Assembly: GCA_040386535.1 (NCBI GenBank)
Contig: JAZKFH010000013.1
Coordinates: 288,928 to 352,927, forward strand
Origin: Myxococcota bacterium
Lineage (GTDB): Bacteria; Myxococcota_A; UBA796; SXON01
Direction of reading: 5' to 3'
Length of the DNA stretch: 64,000 nucleotides
A model generated the notes under the pieces. That model saw only the letters and a list, made by a program, of their open reading frames with translations. It ran no database searches and was not told where the DNA came from. Position numbers and translations under genes: made by a program. Shown one piece after another: positions 59,393 through 64,000 of this stretch. The stretch's first letter is position 1, and each line of letters opens with the position of its first letter.

Positions 59393-59731
59393 CTATCCGT
59401 CCGGGAGGAGCGCGCTGACCTTCGCCGCGCAGATGAAGTCGTTCTCCGTCAGCCCGCCCACGGCGTGGGTGTTCCAGCGGACGACACAGCTGTCGTAGTG
59501 CACGGTGAGATCGGGGTGGTGGTTCTCCCCGTGCGCGATCCACGCCACCGCGTTCACGAACGCGAGGGTTTCGTAGTAGTTGCGGAAGGAGTAGGTGCGC
59601 GCGATCGCGTCCTTCTTGTCGTTGAGGCGCCACCCCGGGACCTCGGCCATGAGCTGGCGGAGCGCGTCATCCGTGACCTTGGGCAGGCCGGTTTCGGACA
59701 TGACACAACGAAGGGCGGCGAGTTCGGACAT
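59393..59731 (-). CDS. phhB: Pterin-4-alpha-carbinolamine dehydratase
   Basis: ENHHPD, NTHAVGGLTENDFICAAK; GGAG RBS. Confidence 0.93.
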   Translation of the reverse strand: MSELAALRCVMSETGLPKVTDDALRQLMAEVPGWRLNDKKDAIARTYSFRNYYETLAFVNAVAWIAHGENHHPDLTVHYDSCVVRWNTHAVGGLTENDFICAAKVSALLPDG

Positions 59732-59861
59732 GAGGGGCTCCAGGTTCCATCCCTCTAAAGTCGCGCCTCGGTCGCCGAGCCGGGCCTCGATCAATCCCGA
59801 CGAGGTTCCGGAATTTCCCGTGGTTGGTCACGACTCGTGACACGCCGCTGCCACGCGGCTC

Positions 59862-60686
59862 CTACAGCTTCGCCCCGCAGAACTTGCAGTGGCGGGCATC
59901 GGGATCGTGCCCATCGCGTCCGCACGCGGGGCAGGCTTGCGTCGTGACCACGGTGGCGCGGGCCGCGTTGGCGAGCTCGACGGTGACGATGCCGGTGGGC
60001 ACGGCGATGATGCCGTAGCCGAGCGCCATGACGAAGGAGGCGAGGAGTTTTCCGAGGGGGGTGTTCGGGGCGATGTCGCCGTAGCCCACGGTCGAGAGGG
60101 TCACGATCGCCCAGTACATCGACTCGGGGATGTTCACGAACCCGTTCTCGGGCCCCTCGACCACGTACATCAGCGAGCCGACGATCACGACGATGGTGAG
60201 CACCGCGCCGAGGAACACGGCGATCTTGCGGCCGCTCGCCGCGACCGCGGCGCCGAGCACGCGCGCCTCGCGGAGGTACCCGGCCATCTTGAGCACGCGG
60301 AACACCCGCAGCAGGCGGAGCGCGCGGATGACGAGCAGGGTCTGGGCGCCGGGTACGAACAACGCGAGCCATGTCGGCACGATGGCGATCAGATCGACGA
60401 GGCCGTACAGGCTGACCATGTAGCGGAGGGGGCGGTGCACGACCGCGAGGCGCACGAGGTACTCCACCGTGAAGAGCACGGTGAAGAACCACTCGGCGGC
60501 GCGGAGCACGGGGCCGTACGAGGCCTGGATGTAGCCGACGCTGTCGAGCACCACCGCGAGCACGGACAACACGATGGCGACGAGCAGCGTCACGTCGAAC
60601 GTGCGGCCCGCCGGCGTGTCGGCCTCGAAGATGATCTGGTGGAGGCGCTCGCGCCAGGCCGCGTGCCGGTCGTCGGGGGCCGTCAT
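59862..60686 (-). CDS. Voltage-gated potassium channel-type ion transporter
   Basis: RALRLLRVFRVLK S4 segment, TVGYGD filter, C-terminal CPAC/CKFC zinc ribbon. Confidence 0.93.
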   Translation of the reverse strand: MTAPDDRHAAWRERLHQIIFEADTPAGRTFDVTLLVAIVLSVLAVVLDSVGYIQASYGPVLRAAEWFFTVLFTVEYLVRLAVVHRPLRYMVSLYGLVDLIAIVPTWLALFVPGAQTLLVIRALRLLRVFRVLKMAGYLREARVLGAAVAASGRKIAVFLGAVLTIVVIVGSLMYVVEGPENGFVNIPESMYWAIVTLSTVGYGDIAPNTPLGKLLASFVMALGYGIIAVPTGIVTVELANAARATVVTTQACPACGRDGHDPDARHCKFCGAKL

Positions 60687-60797
60687 GCCCGCGCCCTATC
60701 CCATCGCGCGCCCCATCTCCGCGCCGAGGCTGGGGTCCGTACACTCTCCGCCCGCCGCGCCGCCTCGACCTCCCGCTGGCGGCGCCTAGACTTGGTC

Positions 60798-61652
60798 ATG
60801 CATGGTACCTTGGACGCGCTCGATCGCGGGCTCCACGCGCTCGCCGGTCTCTCTGGGGTCACGACGCACGCCGTCCACACCCCCTTCGGCTCCATTCGTG
60901 CGTACGAGGCGCGCACCGGCGGGCCGCTGCCGACGCTCGTGCTGCTGCACGGGCTCGCGGCGGGCACGGCCGCCCAGTACGTGCCGTTCTTCCTGGCCGC
61001 GCGAGGCGTGTTCCGCCGGGTGATCGCGCCGGACCTGCCGGGCCACGGCGGCAGCCCGCCGCTCCGCGTGATGAACACCCCCGCGCTCTACGAGTCCGTG
61101 GTCGCGGCGCTCGACGCGCTGGTGGACGAGCCGCCCATCGTGTACGGAAACTCGCTCGGCGGGGCCGTCGCAGTGGCCTACGGCCTGTCCCGCCACGCGC
61201 GGGGCCTGTTCCTGACCTCGCCGGCGGGCACGCCCCTGCCCGACGATCTGCTCCGCTCCCTGCTCGAACGCATGCTGCTCCGTGACGACGACGCCGCGGC
61301 CGTGCTCCTCGCGGAGCTGCAGGAGCGCCCGCCCGTGTGGGCCCGCTTCATCGCGAGCGACGTACGCGCACGGTTCTCCCAGCCGCACATCCGCGCCCTG
61401 GTGACCAGCGTGACGAACGAGCACGGCTTCACGCCCGCGGCGCTCCGCGGCCTCGACGCGCCCACGCTGCTCGTGTGGGGACTCGCCGATCGCCTGTTCC
61501 CGCCCGAGATGTTCGCCTACTGGCGGGCCCACCTGACCGCCACGATCGAGCGGCCCGCGGGGGTTGGGCACGTGCCGCACGTGGAGGCGCCGCTGTGGAC
61601 GTGGCGGCGGCTCGTGCGCTTTGCCGAGGAGGTGACGGGCACGCGGGGTTGA
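60798..61652 (+). CDS. Alpha/beta hydrolase
   Basis: LLHGL, DLPGHG, GNSLGG, GHVPH. Confidence 0.9.
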   Translation: MHGTLDALDRGLHALAGLSGVTTHAVHTPFGSIRAYEARTGGPLPTLVLLHGLAAGTAAQYVPFFLAARGVFRRVIAPDLPGHGGSPPLRVMNTPALYESVVAALDALVDEPPIVYGNSLGGAVAVAYGLSRHARGLFLTSPAGTPLPDDLLRSLLERMLLRDDDAAAVLLAELQERPPVWARFIASDVRARFSQPHIRALVTSVTNEHGFTPAALRGLDAPTLLVWGLADRLFPPEMFAYWRAHLTATIERPAGVGHVPHVEAPLWTWRRLVRFAEEVTGTRG

Positions 61653-61694
61653 TGCCCTGCGGCTTGATACCGCTGAGTTGATAGAGGGGGGCGG

Positions 61695-62621
61695 ATGCCT
61701 GTCCGCGAACCCCACGTCGTCACGCTCTCAGCCACGGACGGCGTGCCGCTCGCGGCCGACCTCCACCTCCCGGCGGACGGTGTCGTCACCCACGCGGTGG
61801 TGATCGCGCCGGCCATGGCGGTCAAGCGTCGCTACTACAGCGCGTTTTCGGCCTGGCTCGCCGAGGGCGGCGCCGCGGTGATCGTGCCGGACTACCGGGG
61901 CATCGGCGGATCCGGGCACGCCCGCACCGAGGCCTCGATGGTGGTGTGGGGAGAGCGTGACCTCCCCGCCGCCGCGGCCGCGCTCCGCGCGCGCTACCCC
62001 GACGTGCCGCTGCTCTACGTGGGACACAGCGCGGGCGGCCAGCTCTTTGGCCTGCTGGGCGGTCTGCAACAGGTCGAGGCGTTCGCCGGGGTGATGCTCG
62101 TGGCGAGCGGCAGCGGCTACTGGCGCCACTACGCCGGCTGGGCCCGCGCGGGGATGTGGGCGATCTGGCATGTCGGCCTGCCCGTGTTGACACGCTTGTT
62201 CGGATACCTGCCGATGCGCCGTCTGGGACAGGGGGAGGACGTGCCGAAGGGCGTGGCGCACGAATGGGCCAGGTGGGGCCGGCATCCCCGCTACGTCGGC
62301 AGCCACGCCGACGCGCACGGCGGGCTTGGTTACACCCGGTGGAGCGGCCCGCTGCGGGCGTACGCCGTGACGGATGACAGCTACGCGCCTCCCCCCGCGG
62401 TGGCCGCGTTGGTGGCGTTGTATCCAAACGCCGACGCGGAGACGATCACCGTCACGCCCGCCTCGCTCGGCGTGACACAGGTCGGTCACTTCGGCTTCTT
62501 CCGGCCCGCGTTCCGCGACACGTTGTGGGTCGAGGCGCGGGCGTGGCTGCACGCGCGGGCCGGGCTGGGCGAGCGGGCCGGGCTGGGCGAGCGGGCGCCG
62601 CTCCGCGAGGCGGCCGAGTAG
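61695..62621 (+). CDS. Predicted alpha/beta hydrolase (COG4757-like)
   Basis: DYRGIGGS, WGERD, GHSAGGQ, VGHFGFFR. Confidence 0.9.
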   Translation: MPVREPHVVTLSATDGVPLAADLHLPADGVVTHAVVIAPAMAVKRRYYSAFSAWLAEGGAAVIVPDYRGIGGSGHARTEASMVVWGERDLPAAAAALRARYPDVPLLYVGHSAGGQLFGLLGGLQQVEAFAGVMLVASGSGYWRHYAGWARAGMWAIWHVGLPVLTRLFGYLPMRRLGQGEDVPKGVAHEWARWGRHPRYVGSHADAHGGLGYTRWSGPLRAYAVTDDSYAPPPAVAALVALYPNADAETITVTPASLGVTQVGHFGFFRPAFRDTLWVEARAWLHARAGLGERAGLGERAPLREAAE

Positions 62622-62636
62622 CGCCGAGCGCCCCGA

Positions 62637-63860
62637 TCAGCGCTCCTCGATCGCCAGCCGCACGAGCACCTCGTCCCAGCGGGTCGCCTGGGACCAAGTG
62701 GCGCCAGGGGCGGTGCTGTAGAACGTGGCGAACGTCGTGTCCGCGTAGATGTTCAGGCCGCCCGCCCACGCGAACTCCTCGACGCGGTAGTTTCCGATCA
62801 TCGCGGAAGCGAGCTCGTTCGACAGCGCGACCCCGGACGCGGCCAGCGCCGGATGGGACGACGCCGCGACCTGCGCGCCGAGGTCCCCGAGGTCCATGTA
62901 CTCACGCCGCCAGCCGTCCCCCTCGCCGGGCTCCACCCCTCGCGCCGCGGCGCGCGCGGCGACCAGGGCCTCCCAGGCTTCGGGCTCGTCCAACGCGATG
63001 CCGGACAGGGTGTCGAGCGCGGCCGCGACCGCGTCGAGGCGCGACAGGTCGGTGGCGGAGAACGTCAGCTCGCCGGTGATCTCGACGGGGTCCCGCGCCA
63101 TCCGGTCGGCCAGCGCCGCGCCGTCCAGCGTCGGGTCGGCCACGAGCGCCGCGATCGCCGGGGTGTATTGCAGCCCGTCCCAGCCCACCCAGGTCTGCGC
63201 CGCGACCATCGTGTCGGCGTGCTCCCGGAGCGAGTGGGCAACCTCGAAGTAGGCCATGTTGCAGGCGTCGAACGCCACCAGATCGAGCGGCCCGTGCGCG
63301 TCCGTGAACACGCGGAGCCCGTCGTTCAGCTCGCCCTCGGCGATCGAGAGGTCATCCTCCGAGCCGTCGTCCCAGCCGATCCCGGGCGGCGGCTGGCCGT
63401 CGACGTACCAACCGGAGCCGTGGTTCCACAACACGAGCGCGTAGTGTTCGGCCGGGGCCGTCGCCGCCCCGAACATCAGGAAACGCGCCAAGGTCTCCGG
63501 GTCGGCCATGTCGAGCTCGCCCCAGTCGGCGAGCACCGGGGAGGTGACGGTGGCGAGCTTGTCGTCCCCGTGCAGATCGTAGACGCGAGTGCCGGTCCAG
63601 TCGCCGTCGGCGTCGTCATACCCCTCCGCACGATCGGCCAGCACGAGCACGCGCACCGCGCCGCCGGGCCCGCCCGCCTCGAGCTCGTTCAGATCGTGCA
63701 TCACGTAGCTCTCGAGGTCGTTGTCGCCGACCAGGTAGACCAGCACGGTCCAGATCGCGTCCGTCTCCACGACGCCGGTGTCCTCGAGCGGCTCGCGCGG
63801 CGGCCGAGGCGGGCGCAGGTCGATCGACGGTTCCGCACAGCCGAGCAGGAAGAGCAACAT
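62637..63860 (-). CDS. Clostripain family (peptidase C11) lipoprotein
   Basis: WTVLVYLVGDNDLE, LWNHGSGW, FDACNM catalytic His/Cys. Confidence 0.92.
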   Translation of the reverse strand: MLLFLLGCAEPSIDLRPPRPPREPLEDTGVVETDAIWTVLVYLVGDNDLESYVMHDLNELEAGGPGGAVRVLVLADRAEGYDDADGDWTGTRVYDLHGDDKLATVTSPVLADWGELDMADPETLARFLMFGAATAPAEHYALVLWNHGSGWYVDGQPPPGIGWDDGSEDDLSIAEGELNDGLRVFTDAHGPLDLVAFDACNMAYFEVAHSLREHADTMVAAQTWVGWDGLQYTPAIAALVADPTLDGAALADRMARDPVEITGELTFSATDLSRLDAVAAALDTLSGIALDEPEAWEALVAARAAARGVEPGEGDGWRREYMDLGDLGAQVAASSHPALAASGVALSNELASAMIGNYRVEEFAWAGGLNIYADTTFATFYSTAPGATWSQATRWDEVLVRLAIEER

Positions 63861-63900
63861 CCCGCCACTCTACTCTCGAACCGGGTGGTACGTTGTGCGC

Positions 63901-64000
63901 ATGTTCTGGCTCCTGCTCGCCTGCAAACAGCCCGAGGCCGCCCCCCGCGACCTCGACACGCTATCCCACGATCTGTGGTCGCACTACACCGCGGAGGACG
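63901..64000 (+). CDS. Lipoprotein, 5' part only (truncated by the window end)
   Basis: MFWLLLACKQPEAAPRDLDTLSHDLWSHYTAED..., open to the window end. Confidence 0.7.
   Translation, partial: MFWLLLACKQPEAAPRDLDTLSHDLWSHYTAED

Overview
A very GC-rich (by eye ~70-75%, not computed) chromosomal segment, most likely from a Myxococcota-like bacterium: it has a MYXO-CTERM-type C-terminus at 27115-28509 and many acidic lipoproteins. About 55 CDS are supportable, about 18 of them predicted lipoproteins. Recognisable modules: a Fur-boxed heme-uptake operon (TBDR-hmuY-small Cys protein-hmuTUV-hmuS), an RND efflux pair, a TetR/FAD-monooxygenase pair, a P450, a carotenoid oxygenase, CotH plus sulfatase, and two tandem ATP-grasp ligases. 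I saw no rRNA, tRNA, CRISPR array, integrase or transposase. The unexplained signals are: (1) a tandem array of identical 191-bp self-complementary units at the window start; (2) four unrelated families of ~47-52 bp hairpins in tandem, one cluster bracketed by a 72-bp direct repeat; (3) a TA-led -10-like hexamer 5-8 nt before many start codons, suggesting widespread leaderless mRNA; (4) ultra-short, uncharged signal peptides with the lipobox Cys at residue 7-8. Family calls come from motif recognition only, since no searches were run. Start sites were chosen by eye.
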